From Alphaproteobacteria bacterium (GTDB lineage Bacteria > Pseudomonadota > Alphaproteobacteria > GCA-016699305): 64,000 nucleotides of DNA. The notes under the pieces were generated by a model. The model did not search any database and had not been told where the DNA came from. It saw nothing but the letters and a program-made list of their open reading frames with translations. The DNA is taken from positions 157,419-221,418 of the forward strand of contig CP064970.1 in NCBI GenBank assembly GCA_016699305.1. The letters run 5' to 3'. Positions within the stretch are counted from its first letter, which is position 1. Each line of letters starts with the position of its first letter. The translations under genes were made by a program, and so were the position numbers. Shown one piece after another: positions 45,252 through 54,635 of the stretch.

Positions 45252-47483
45252 ATGAAAGCATCATCCGCCGAATCCTTGATCATTGAACGTCCGTTTGCCG
45301 ATTTATTGGGTGAGCGGTACTTGTCTTATGCCTTGTCCACGATCATGTCGCGGTCCTTGCCCGATGTGCGCGATGGGTTAAAGCCGGTGCATCGGCGTCT
45401 GCTATACGCGATGCGTCAGCTGAAAATGTCGCCATCCACGCCGCCGCGTAAATCCGCGCGCGTGGTGGGCGAAGTGATCGGCCGGTTTCATCCTCATGGC
45501 GATGTGGCTGTCTATGATGCTTTGGTGCGTTTGGCCCAGGATTTTAATCTGCGCTATCCGTTGATCGAGGGCCAAGGCAATTTCGGTACGCTGGACGGCG
45601 ATAACGCCGCCGCGATGCGCTATACCGAGGCACGTCTAACGGACATTGCCGAGGCGTTGCTGGACGGCATCGACGAGGACACGGTGGATTTCCGCGCCAC
45701 TTATGACGGCGAAACCCAAGAACCCATTGTTATGCCAGCCGCTTTCCCCAATCTGTTGGCCAATGGGTCATCGGGCATCGCCGTGGGCATGGCCACCAGC
45801 ATTCCGCCGCATAATGTGGGCGAGATATGCGAGGCGTTGCGTCATTTGATCGCCACGCCCGATGCGGGTTTGGACAAACTGGCCAAACTGATTCCCGGCC
45901 CCGATTTCCCGACAGGCGGCGTCCTGGTCGAGGACCGAGCGGCGATTGTCGAATCCTATCGCACCGGCCATGGCAGCTTCCGTCTGCGCGCGCGGTGGGA
46001 GGTGGAGCAGCTGGCGCGCGGCGCGTGGCAGATCGTAGTGACGGAGATTCCCTGGCAGGTCGCCAAAGGCCGATTGATCGAGCAATTGGCCGATCATATC
46101 ACCACACGCAAGCTGCCCTTGCTGGACGATGTGCGCGACGAATCGACCGAAGATGTGCGCCTGATTCTGACACCCAAGAGCCGCACGGTGGAACCGACGG
46201 TTTTGATGGAATCCGTCTTCCGCGCCAGCGATCTGGAATCCCGCATACCCTTTAATATGAACGTCCTGGACGCCCAAGGCGTGCCGCGCGTGATGGACCT
46301 CAAGGAAGTGCTGCGCGCCTTCTTGGACCACCGCATGGAGGTGTTGCAACGCCGTTCACGCCATCGTTTGGCGGCCTTGCGCGCGCGGTTGGAAATCCTG
46401 GCCGGATACCTGATCGTCTATTCGCATCTGGACGAGGTGATCCGTATCATCCGAGAAGAGGACGAACCCAAACAGGCTTTGATGCAGCGCTTTCGCCTGA
46501 CGGAGAATCAGGCCGAGGCGATCTTGGAGATGCGTCTGCGTTCGTTGCGCCGTCTGGAAGAGAAATCTTTGCGCGACGAAAAGAACCGCTTGGACGCCGA
46601 GAGCGCGGATATCGAATCCCTGCTGACGGACGAACCCCGACGCTGGAAAAAACTGGACGCGGAAATCTTGGCTACGTCCGAGAAATACGGCAAAAAGACC
46701 AAGCTAGGCAAACGCCGCACCCAATTGGCCGAGGCTCCGGCTGAAGTCGAGATTCCCGAAGTGATCGAGCGCGAGCCGGTCACGGTGTTCTGCTCGGAAA
46801 AAGGCTGGATCCGCGCCGCGCGTGGCCATATCGCGGATATCAGCGAGATTAAATACAAAGAAGGCGACGCCGCGCGTTTCGCGCTGACTTGTGAGACGCC
46901 CGACAAACTGCTGTTGCTGGCCAGCGATGGACGCCTCTATACGCTGGCTGTGGACAAGCTGCCGCGCGGCCGTGGCCTTGGCGAGCCGGTGCGCCTGATG
47001 ATCGACATGGCGCCTGATGTCGATATCACCGCCTTGATTCGTCATGAGCCGGGCGGAAAATTGCTGGCCGCCAGCAGCGACGGGCGCGGATTCCTGGTGC
47101 CTGCCGATGATGTGTTGGCGCAAACCCGTGTGGGCAAGCAGGTGATGAATCTGGCCGATGGCGCGCGTGCTTTGTGGCTTATTCCCGCCCGGGGCGATCA
47201 AGTCGCGGTCCTTGGCACCAACCGCAAGATGGCGATTTTTCCTTTGGCGGACTTGCCGGAAATGGCGCGTGGCCGAGGCGTCATGCTGCAAAAATACGCG
47301 CCGGGCGGCGGCATGCGCGATCTGATCGTCTTTGCCCTTGATAAGGGCTTACCCATCCCCGGCAAAGCCGATGCGCGCGAAACCAAACTGCACCTATGGC
47401 AAGGCGCCCGCGCCGCCACCGGCCACCTAGCCCCGCCCGCCATCGCCCGCAGCGGCTTTGGAGTGCCGGGGGAAAAGGGTTAG
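45252..47483 (+). CDS. parC: DNA topoisomerase IV subunit A
   Basis: [31 protein letters not shown] (active-site Tyr), and the C-terminal beta-pinwheel. The length fits ParC rather than GyrA. Confidence 0.9.
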   Translation: MKASSAESLIIERPFADLLGERYLSYALSTIMSRSLPDVRDGLKPVHRRLLYAMRQLKMSPSTPPRKSARVVGEVIGRFHPHGDVAVYDALVRLAQDFNLRYPLIEGQGNFGTLDGDNAAAMRYTEARLTDIAEALLDGIDEDTVDFRATYDGETQEPIVMPAAFPNLLANGSSGIAVGMATSIPPHNVGEICEALRHLIATPDAGLDKLAKLIPGPDFPTGGVLVEDRAAIVESYRTGHGSFRLRARWEVEQLARGAWQIVVTEIPWQVAKGRLIEQLADHITTRKLPLLDDVRDESTEDVRLILTPKSRTVEPTVLMESVFRASDLESRIPFNMNVLDAQGVPRVMDLKEVLRAFLDHRMEVLQRRSRHRLAALRARLEILAGYLIVYSHLDEVIRIIREEDEPKQALMQRFRLTENQAEAILEMRLRSLRRLEEKSLRDEKNRLDAESADIESLLTDEPRRWKKLDAEILATSEKYGKKTKLGKRRTQLAEAPAEVEIPEVIEREPVTVFCSEKGWIRAARGHIADISEIKYKEGDAARFALTCETPDKLLLLASDGRLYTLAVDKLPRGRGLGEPVRLMIDMAPDVDITALIRHEPGGKLLAASSDGRGFLVPADDVLAQTRVGKQVMNLADGARALWLIPARGDQVAVLGTNRKMAIFPLADLPEMARGRGVMLQKYAPGGGMRDLIVFALDKGLPIPGKADARETKLHLWQGARAATGHLAPPAIARSGFGVPGEKG

Positions 47484-47487
47484 CCCA

Positions 47488-48462
47488 TTACTTCGGGAAC
47501 ATCCGGCATGACGGATCGAAGGGGGGCTCAGGTTCGTCCGTGGGGGGTGTTAGGCCCAGTTGGGTCAGCATCAGGCTGAAGGGGTCGGGCAGGGGGGCTT
47601 GGATGTCCAGCTTGCCGCCGCGCGGATGAGGAAGGACCAGGCGGCGGGCATGTAGGAACATGCTCTTTTCCTTTTGATCGGGGCGGCCATACATCAAGTC
47701 GCCCAGAACCGGAGCCTTCATAAAGCGCAGATGCGCGCGCAATTGATGGGTGCGCCCGGTTTGCGGCCACAGACTGACCAGGGCGGTCTTTTCCGTCGAA
47801 TCCAAAACGCGATAGAGGGTGCGGGCGGATTGGGCCTGTTCCAGGTCCTTGCCGCGCGCGATCATCATCACCTTGCCTTTGCGGAACAGGAATTGGTCGA
47901 TCAGGCCGGAATCAGGTTGCGGCACGCCGCGTGTGATGGCCCAATAGGCTTTATGCGCTTCGCGTCCGCGAAAGGCGCTGGCCAGTTTGTCGGCGGCAAA
48001 GGGATTCAGGGCGATCAATAAGACTCCGCTGGTCTCACGATCCAGCCGATGGACCAAATGCACCGGTTGGCCCAATAAGGCGGCCATCACTCGATCCAGC
48101 GAGGTGGTCTGCCCTGTTCCGCCTTGCACGGCAAGTCCGGCGGGCTTGTTCAGGGCCAGCAGGTCGTCGTCTTGAAACAAGATGCGTTCGCGCAAGTCCT
48201 GAGCCAAACGCGGCGGCAAAGACATGCGCGCTTTGTCGGCCACCGAGGAAGACTCGTCGCTGAGAAAGGGCGGCAAGCGCACGATCTGGCCCGCCTGCAG
48301 GCGTTCCCCCGATTTCACGCGGCGGCTATCGACGCGGATTTGCCCCTCGCGCAGCAGGCGCAGCAGCCATATCTGTGTCAGTTCGGGCACATGACGCTTT
48401 AACCAGCGGTCCAATCGGACGCCGGTCTCATCTTCGGTGACGGTCAGCTTTCGTACAGGCAT
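47488..48462 (-). CDS. RluA-family (RluC/D-like) 23S rRNA pseudouridine synthase
   Basis: N-terminal S4-like domain (GVRLDRWL) and catalytic block HRLDRETSGVLLIA. Confidence 0.85.
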   Translation of the reverse strand: MPVRKLTVTEDETGVRLDRWLKRHVPELTQIWLLRLLREGQIRVDSRRVKSGERLQAGQIVRLPPFLSDESSSVADKARMSLPPRLAQDLRERILFQDDDLLALNKPAGLAVQGGTGQTTSLDRVMAALLGQPVHLVHRLDRETSGVLLIALNPFAADKLASAFRGREAHKAYWAITRGVPQPDSGLIDQFLFRKGKVMMIARGKDLEQAQSARTLYRVLDSTEKTALVSLWPQTGRTHQLRAHLRFMKAPVLGDLMYGRPDQKEKSMFLHARRLVLPHPRGGKLDIQAPLPDPFSLMLTQLGLTPPTDEPEPPFDPSCRMFPK

Positions 48463-48485
48463 GGGGATAGGGTATACAAGGTTTT

Positions 48486-48662
48486 ATGACGAATGAGAAA
48501 GTTTCACGAACTGCCCAAACACCGGCCAAAACCGCCCAAGCTCAACGACAAGCTAAGTTGGCCTCTGCCTTGCGTTCCAATCTGCATAAGCGTAAGGCTC
48601 AATCGGCCATCCAGGCCTCTGGCGCGACCTTGTCCAAGCTTGACGCGCCCCGGGAAAAGTGA
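48486..48662 (+). CDS. Small basic protein (58 aa), hypothetical
   Basis: MTNEKVSRTAQTPAKTAQAQRQAKLASALRSNLHKRKAQSA... This frame looks more protein-like than the overlapping 70-aa track ORF. It falls below the track's length cutoff. Confidence 0.35.
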   Translation: MTNEKVSRTAQTPAKTAQAQRQAKLASALRSNLHKRKAQSAIQASGATLSKLDAPREK

Positions 48663-48701
48663 GCAAATCCCAAACGAATTGACCGCGTACACGGGGCGAA
48701 A

Positions 48702-49313
48702 ATGAGACTTTCCGATGTCGATATAAAACGACTCATGGAATCGGGTGAGGTTGTGGTCACACCCAGGCCCGGGGATAACTATCTAGGCTCGGTGTCGTTG
48801 GACTTGCAGCTGGGATCGCATTTCCGAGTCTTCGTGCCGGGCCGCGCGTCCGGCGTCGATCTGATGCCTTTGGACGGGCGTAAGCCGACCGACGAGGTGG
48901 CGGATCTGATGGACGATGTCCATATCACCGCCAATGACATTTTCTATTTGCATCCGGGCGATTTTGCCTTGGGCGTCACTTTGCAGCGTGTGAAATTGCC
49001 CACGAATATCGTGGGGCGTTTGGACGGTCGCAGCAGTTTGGCGCGGTTGGGGCTGATGGTTCATGCGACGGCGCACACCATCGATCCCGGTTGGGACGGC
49101 AATATCGTGTTGGAATTCTTTAATTGCGGTCGTCTGCCTTTGGGATTGCGCCCTGGCATGCGGATTTGCGCCCTCAGTTTCGAAGAGCTGAAAACCGCCA
49201 CCTCCAAGCCTTATGTCTCGCGCGAGGACGCCAAATATCGGCAACAGGAATTGCCCTTGGCCAGCCGCATCGGCATGGACGAGGCCTGTAAGAAGCAATC
49301 GGAGGCCGCATGA
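48702..49313 (+). CDS. dcd: dCTP deaminase (trimeric dUTPase-fold family)
   Basis: LSDVDIKRLMESGEVVVTP, SVSLDLQLG, GRSSLARLGLMVHATAHTIDPGWDGNIVLEF. Confidence 0.9.
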   Translation: MRLSDVDIKRLMESGEVVVTPRPGDNYLGSVSLDLQLGSHFRVFVPGRASGVDLMPLDGRKPTDEVADLMDDVHITANDIFYLHPGDFALGVTLQRVKLPTNIVGRLDGRSSLARLGLMVHATAHTIDPGWDGNIVLEFFNCGRLPLGLRPGMRICALSFEELKTATSKPYVSREDAKYRQQELPLASRIGMDEACKKQSEAA

Positions 49314-50827
49314 GCGCGCCTTTATCGTTTGAGCCGCTTTACTACAAAGAACGCCTGAATCTTATTAATCCCACAGGCGATGTCGGCGTCGCCACCTTGT
49401 GGACGCCTGTGAACACCGCCGTGGACTATATGAAGAATCTGGGCATTGATCTGGGGCCTGAAACATCGCGCATTGCCGTAGTCGCCAATTTATACGGCGA
49501 TGGCTTGGCCCAAATGATTCGCAATCTGCTGTGGAATCCGCAAATCCGCCATCTGCTGATATTCGGCCAGCCCTTGACCGAGGCGGGGGCCGAGTTAGAG
49601 AATTTGCTGACCCTGGGCGCGGAGCCGGTCGAGGATATGGGGCAAAAACGCTTGTTGATTCGTGGCACCGATCGCAAGCTGGATTCCCATTTCGATCCCA
49701 GCCTGCTGCAGGGATATTATAAGATCAAGCGTTACGGTAAGCCCTCTTTGCCGGAAACCAAGCAAGGCGTGGGCACGTTCTTTAGCGACTTACCGCCTCC
49801 GGTTCCCGCCGCGCGTGATCGTATCGAGGCCCCCTTGCCGCAATTCAAGCCTAATTTCTTTCCATCCGAAGCGCGCAGCCATACCATCACGCGCCGTCGT
49901 CCCTTGGATGCTTGGGAAGAAGTGGTATGCCGCATCATGCGCTTTGGCGTGCCTTCGGTGGCGGGTGTCACCAAGCAACGCTTGGAGCTGCAAAACTTGA
50001 AGGTCGTCATCACCGAGCCTGTCGAAGACCGCGACGAGGATTTGCGGCCCTATGGATATTCGCGCGAGAAATTCGCCCGCTATCAGCAAGAATTCTTGTG
50101 CGGCGATGTGCCCGAGGATGTGCAGTACACCTATGGCAGCCGTATGCGCGGGGGGTGGCCCGGTCTAGATGGACGTACTGATGATGCCGTGACATTCATT
50201 GCAAACAAACTGGCCGAATCTCCCTCCGAGCGCAGCGCTTTTATCTCTATCTGGCATACCCCTGAAGATTTATTCGCTCCCGAGGAACGCAGCCGTCCTT
50301 GTTTGGCCAGTCTGTTCTTTCGTGTGTTCCAGGGGCATCTGACTCTGAACGCGACTTTCCGACTGCATAATGTGATGAGCGCGTGGCTGATGAACGTCTA
50401 TGGTCTGATTGCCTTGCAGCGCGAGGTGGCTGAGAAAGCGGGTGGATTGCCCATCGGTCCCATCACCGTGGTCAGCCAATCCATTTCCATTGATCCCGAC
50501 TCCCAAGACCGCTTTGCCGTGGCGCAACAGATACTGGCCAATAAGATCGATGATCTGGAACTTGACCGCGAAACCGGCAAACGTATCCTGCGCGAAGATC
50601 CCAACGGATATTTTACCTTTACGACGGACAACGAGACGAGCGAGATCGTCGTGGATCTCAAAATGGGCGGCGAGACGCTGCAACGCTATCGCGGGAAGAC
50701 GGCGGAGTCGGTGGAGAATCAAATATCCCGCGATAACGCCATTTCAGATATCGGCCATGCGCTGTATGTCGGGCGGCAATTGGCGATCATGGAACAGAGG
50801 CTGAAAAAAGGGCAGGCTGAATCGTGA
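49310..50827 (+). CDS. Three-domain fusion: MtrA-like N-domain, thymidylate-synthase-like core, DUF4346-like C-domain
   Basis: The start overlaps the dcd stop (ATGA). The N-domain has VGVATLWT and NLYGDGLAQMIRNLLWNPQIRHLLIFG (compare MtrA [24 protein letters not shown]). The core RPCLASLFFRVFQGHLTLNATFRLHNVMSAWLMNVYGL aligns with ThyA PCHAFFQFYV...[20 protein letters not shown], conserving Cys, Arg and the base-specifying Asn. The C-terminal DPNGYFTF...GHALYVGRQLAIMEQ is DUF4346-like. Confidence 0.75.
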   Translation: MSAPLSFEPLYYKERLNLINPTGDVGVATLWTPVNTAVDYMKNLGIDLGPETSRIAVVANLYGDGLAQMIRNLLWNPQIRHLLIFGQPLTEAGAELENLLTLGAEPVEDMGQKRLLIRGTDRKLDSHFDPSLLQGYYKIKRYGKPSLPETKQGVGTFFSDLPPPVPAARDRIEAPLPQFKPNFFPSEARSHTITRRRPLDAWEEVVCRIMRFGVPSVAGVTKQRLELQNLKVVITEPVEDRDEDLRPYGYSREKFARYQQEFLCGDVPEDVQYTYGSRMRGGWPGLDGRTDDAVTFIANKLAESPSERSAFISIWHTPEDLFAPEERSRPCLASLFFRVFQGHLTLNATFRLHNVMSAWLMNVYGLIALQREVAEKAGGLPIGPITVVSQSISIDPDSQDRFAVAQQILANKIDDLELDRETGKRILREDPNGYFTFTTDNETSEIVVDLKMGGETLQRYRGKTAESVENQISRDNAISDIGHALYVGRQLAIMEQRLKKGQAES

Positions 50828-51525
50828 CCACCCCGCCTATGATCTTCTTTGATATCGGCATGACGCTGATGCAAGGGCCTATTTCTGCCGCGCCTTCTAA
50901 TCCTTTGGCCGAGAAGCTAGGTTTGAGCGCTGCTGCCCAAAAAGACCTGCGTCATCAGATGATGGTGACTCCGTTACTATCTTACGAGGCTCTGGCGCAA
51001 TTTCTGGCCGATCGTTATGTGGTGCCCTTGCCCGCCGCCTTGGAAGCTTCCGAGCATGTTTGGAAATCTCAAGCGGGGGATGATGTCCAGCCTATACCCG
51101 GCGCGAGGGAATTGTTGCAGGACTTTAGGAATGCCGGGATGCGCGTGGGGTTCATCTCGACGATCTGGTTTCCTTATGCCCAAAGTTTTGATCGACTGTT
51201 TGGTGATTTGGCTGAAAGCGAATACCGCTTTATGTCCTATCTGCTGGGGCGTGAAAAGCCGGATCCCAGTATTTTTCAAGACGCCGCACGCGCGGCGGGA
51301 TGTGAGCCTTCGTCATGCCTAATGATTGGCGATTCCTATGACAGCGATATCCGACCGGCCATCAATTTAGGCTGGAAGACGATTTGGCTGTTGCATCGGG
51401 CCGATAAAGAAGCCGCCTTTGTCAATGCGGTGTCAGCAGGAACTGCACCCAAACCAAGCCTTACCATCGATTCGATCACTAAGCTTGACGTGAAACGGTG
51501 CCTTGATATCTTGTCGCTATCCTAA
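50824..51525 (+). CDS. HAD-superfamily hydrolase (variant motif I D-I-G-M-T)
   Basis: The GTG start overlaps the upstream stop (GTGA). Motif I FFDIGMTL, motif II ISTIW, motif III GREKPDP, motif IV GDSYDSD. Confidence 0.7.
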   Translation: MTTPPMIFFDIGMTLMQGPISAAPSNPLAEKLGLSAAAQKDLRHQMMVTPLLSYEALAQFLADRYVVPLPAALEASEHVWKSQAGDDVQPIPGARELLQDFRNAGMRVGFISTIWFPYAQSFDRLFGDLAESEYRFMSYLLGREKPDPSIFQDAARAAGCEPSSCLMIGDSYDSDIRPAINLGWKTIWLLHRADKEAAFVNAVSAGTAPKPSLTIDSITKLDVKRCLDILSLS

Positions 51526-51536
51526 AGGAGACGACC

Positions 51537-52160
51537 ATGAAATTGCTGCGCTGGGAGATGATGTCTGCGGAAGAAACGCTGGACCGTTTGGCCCAGACTC
51601 GTTTGCGCGGACATGGACAGAAGCTGATCTACGAAAAGGCGCGGCTTTCATTGATCCAGCAGGTCGATACGGATCGCCTGGTTCCTGCTCAGCGTTATCT
51701 GTGGAAGCGGGATTTGGACAATGCCATGGCCATGCAACGCCTGTTCGCGCAACAGGGCTTAGACGTGTTTGCCTTGGAAGGCGCCGTCATGTTCTGGATC
51801 GAACGCGACGGCGAAGAGGAAGGCCCCATTCCCATGACGCCGCCCATCGTGGAAGAGTCGATTGAGGCAGACGGCCAGAAAATCTGGCTGATCAATGACG
51901 GCATGCACCGCATCGCCGCCGCGCGTTCCTTGGGCCAAAAGATCAATGTGGTCTTGGCCGAGAACGTCCCCACCGAATACCCCTATTACGCCTTCCCGGC
52001 TCCGGGTGGCTGGCAGGATGTGCAGACCTATGATGTGCGTCCCGAGGGCGCGACGAAAAAGCTTTATCGCTTCCCCGAGACCTATAAAGACCTCTTCCGC
52101 GATTTTAACGATGTCTTTCCCGGCATGCAAAAAGACCGCCGTCAGGCCGAGGCGGCGTAA
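51537..52160 (+). CDS. ParB/sulfiredoxin-fold domain protein
   Basis: AAAGGAG SD. WLINDGMHRIAAARSLG matches the DGxHR core of the ParB N-terminal domain. No HTH or DNA-binding region is recognisable. Confidence 0.6.
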   Translation: MKLLRWEMMSAEETLDRLAQTRLRGHGQKLIYEKARLSLIQQVDTDRLVPAQRYLWKRDLDNAMAMQRLFAQQGLDVFALEGAVMFWIERDGEEEGPIPMTPPIVEESIEADGQKIWLINDGMHRIAAARSLGQKINVVLAENVPTEYPYYAFPAPGGWQDVQTYDVRPEGATKKLYRFPETYKDLFRDFNDVFPGMQKDRRQAEAA

Positions 52161-53059
52161 GCCTCTCTTGCCGAGATATGTGCCGGCTGCCGGGTTCCCA
52201 CATAGAACCATTCCTCGCCCAGCGGACAATCGTGCCGAGGGAGAAGGATGTAACCGTCTTGCTGGGCTGTGACGGGAGTTCCGTCGGCACGGATGGCTAA
52301 TATGTCTCCTGCTTTGACGGAATCAGCGTGTTTCCAGTCCTTCGCCAGTTCGCCGCCATCTGTGCGCCAATAGACATGTTCCAGTCTGATGCGCAGCCGG
52401 GCAGGACGGGGCGGGACCTTTCTTACTGACGACAGCAGGCCAGCGTGAGACATAGCGCGCAAGATGGCGGTCATGGCGACTTGTACAGATGCGGGGTCTT
52501 TGTGCCAGCCGCATTCCAAAGTGACGGCGGTTGCCCCATATTGACGCGCATATTCCGTGGTGCCGATAGATGTGCGGTCATCAGTCTCGGCCACCTTACC
52601 CAGCAAACGGGCATAGGCATCGCTCCAACCATAAATTTCGGTCTCTTGTCCAAGGGCCGCTCGATAGGCGTCTTCTCGCTGGGATGGCGGACCGGCAAAG
52701 AGAAAGGCCGGCCCTTTCGAGTGATAGGAGTGCAAATCCAATAGGAAATCGCATGATTCCAGCACCGGACACAGGATATTCCCCAAGTAATCCTCGTACA
52801 GAACAGGCCGTGCGCGGCGGCGCAGGTCGCGATTGAGATTACGGTCGATATATCGCACGCCCCTCTCATAAGCCAAGGGATTGGCCACCGGCACGAAGGT
52901 CACCGCGCCGCGTGCAAGGGTGATGTCCTTACGGATCAAGCTGTCCACGATGGTGCGGATGGCCGCCGTGCCGCAGGTCTCGTTGCCATGGACGGCCCCC
53001 AGCACCACCATATGAGGGCCAGGCTGTATCGCTGCGAAACGTAGGATTTCTATGGTCAT
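52142..53059 (-). CDS. Succinylglutamate desuccinylase/aspartoacylase-family zinc hydrolase
   Basis: VVLGAVHGNETCG and the LDLHS block. The ATG at 53059 has an AAAGGA SD. Confidence 0.75.
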   Translation of the reverse strand: MTIEILRFAAIQPGPHMVVLGAVHGNETCGTAAIRTIVDSLIRKDITLARGAVTFVPVANPLAYERGVRYIDRNLNRDLRRRARPVLYEDYLGNILCPVLESCDFLLDLHSYHSKGPAFLFAGPPSQREDAYRAALGQETEIYGWSDAYARLLGKVAETDDRTSIGTTEYARQYGATAVTLECGWHKDPASVQVAMTAILRAMSHAGLLSSVRKVPPRPARLRIRLEHVYWRTDGGELAKDWKHADSVKAGDILAIRADGTPVTAQQDGYILLPRHDCPLGEEWFYVGTRQPAHISAREAYAASA

Positions 53060-53070
53060 GGGGGATCCTT

Positions 53071-53706
53071 TCAGGCAACCGAGTAGGACGGAATAAATGG
53101 GATAGGGGCGTGACATCTCGATGCCGCCATCACCGGCTCAACATTCATTCCCAATAACCGACAGGGCACCACAAAAGTGATGCCGTTGCGGGTGTTGTAT
53201 TCGGTTCGCTCGGCCATGACATGCGCGCCCATGGCCGTATAGAAGGCCTGTGTTCCCGGCTTGTCGCGCAAGGCATTGATGACCATGCCGTTATACCCCA
53301 GGCGACAAAGCTCGGTCGCTGCCCGGGCGAAAAGCTGGCGGCCGATGCCTTGGCGCTTTTTTGTGGGGTCGGGATACAGCCAATGCAGCTCGCCACAGAT
53401 GGCTGCGGGCAAGTTTGTGCGGATCTCGGGATAATCGTCTGCGCGTCCCACCATGAAAAAACCGACAAGCTGACAGCCTTCTTGAGCCTTCATCATGCAG
53501 GAAGGCTCATAGTGCCCGGCTAAAAATTTTGTGATGGCCTTGTCGAAATAGCCTTCGGCCATAGCCTGCGTGATATAGCCCGGGATCAGGGCTTCATCTT
53601 CGGCCAGCCGCGCCTTGGCGAATAGTTCCGCTAGGGCGGGTTGGTCTCGGTATGTCACGGGAGTTAGATGCACATTGTTCATCATCATATTTCTGTATCT
53701 TTCCAT
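53071..53706 (-). CDS. GNAT-family N-acetyltransferase
   Basis: Acetyl-CoA loop KRQGIGRQLFARA, followed by the conserved C-terminal FY block. Confidence 0.8.
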   Translation of the reverse strand: MERYRNMMMNNVHLTPVTYRDQPALAELFAKARLAEDEALIPGYITQAMAEGYFDKAITKFLAGHYEPSCMMKAQEGCQLVGFFMVGRADDYPEIRTNLPAAICGELHWLYPDPTKKRQGIGRQLFARAATELCRLGYNGMVINALRDKPGTQAFYTAMGAHVMAERTEYNTRNGITFVVPCRLLGMNVEPVMAASRCHAPIPFIPSYSVA

Positions 53707-53790
53707 GTAATGAATCTGAAGGCTCTTTTCCTACGTATTATCTAAAATTTCCAATTGTCATTACTCATCCAATGATGCATTTTATGCATC

Positions 53791-54603
53791 ATGGAGCTGG
53801 CGTGGCTGGAAGATTTCCTGGCATTAGAGCAAACCCGCAATTTCACGCGGGCGGCTGCCTTGCGTTGCACAACGCAATCCGCCTATAGCCGCCGTGTGAT
53901 GCGGCTTGAGGAATGGTTGAAATGCCGTTTGTTTGTGCGTCATACGCGGCCCGTGCAGATGACTCCCGAGGGGCAAGAATTCCTGGCCCGCGCGCGCCGT
54001 CTGCGCGAAGACATGATGGATTCGCGCCGCGTGTTGGGGACTTTGGCTAGCCATTACGAATGCGCCACCCGCATCTACACCACCAACACACTGGCTATGG
54101 GATTCGCGCCCGATTGGTTGCGCACGAGGCAATCCACATCGCTGACCCTAATTGTTTCTTCGGTCACAGGCTGTATCGAGGCATTAAAGGCGGGGCGGGC
54201 TGATTCCCTCTTGCTGCCCGTAGTGCCAAGTCATGATGATGATTTGGCGGCCTTTCAGGTGGACGTGGTGGGGCATGACGTGTTGGCCTTGATGGGCGTT
54301 CCGGATTTACGTCAAACCATCAAGATGCGTGCAGGAAAATTGCAAGGTCCGGTGATGCGCTACACGCCCGGCACTGTCTATGGCCAATGGATAGAAGCTA
54401 TGCTCGGTCTGCGCGGCATCGCTTTGGTATCGTCCGCCCCGTGCGAAAGTCCCTCCGCCGAAGCTTTGGTCTCCCTTGCCGTGCATGGATTTGGTGCCGC
54501 TTGGATTCCTAAAATCCTCAGCCGCGCGCCTCTTGTCGAATACAGGTTAGCCGACGACCTTCGCGTGCCTTACGACATCGGTTGGGTGCGCAAGATCCTA
54601 TAA
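53791..54603 (+). CDS. LysR-family transcriptional regulator
   Basis: N-terminal wHTH LEDFLALEQTRNFTRAAALRCTTQSAYSRRVMRLEEWL. Divergent from the GNAT gene. Confidence 0.85.
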   Translation: MELAWLEDFLALEQTRNFTRAAALRCTTQSAYSRRVMRLEEWLKCRLFVRHTRPVQMTPEGQEFLARARRLREDMMDSRRVLGTLASHYECATRIYTTNTLAMGFAPDWLRTRQSTSLTLIVSSVTGCIEALKAGRADSLLLPVVPSHDDDLAAFQVDVVGHDVLALMGVPDLRQTIKMRAGKLQGPVMRYTPGTVYGQWIEAMLGLRGIALVSSAPCESPSAEALVSLAVHGFGAAWIPKILSRAPLVEYRLADDLRVPYDIGWVRKIL

Positions 54604-54635
54604 CCGCCCACGCCCTGCAGGCTGAATGGTGACGG

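Noticed and set aside
48493-48705. A 70-aa track ORF upstream of dcd.
   Set aside because: It has Pro/Lys/Leu-rich odd composition and overlaps the dcd start. The alternative frame at 48486-48662 gives a more plausible small basic protein, which is reported at low confidence instead.
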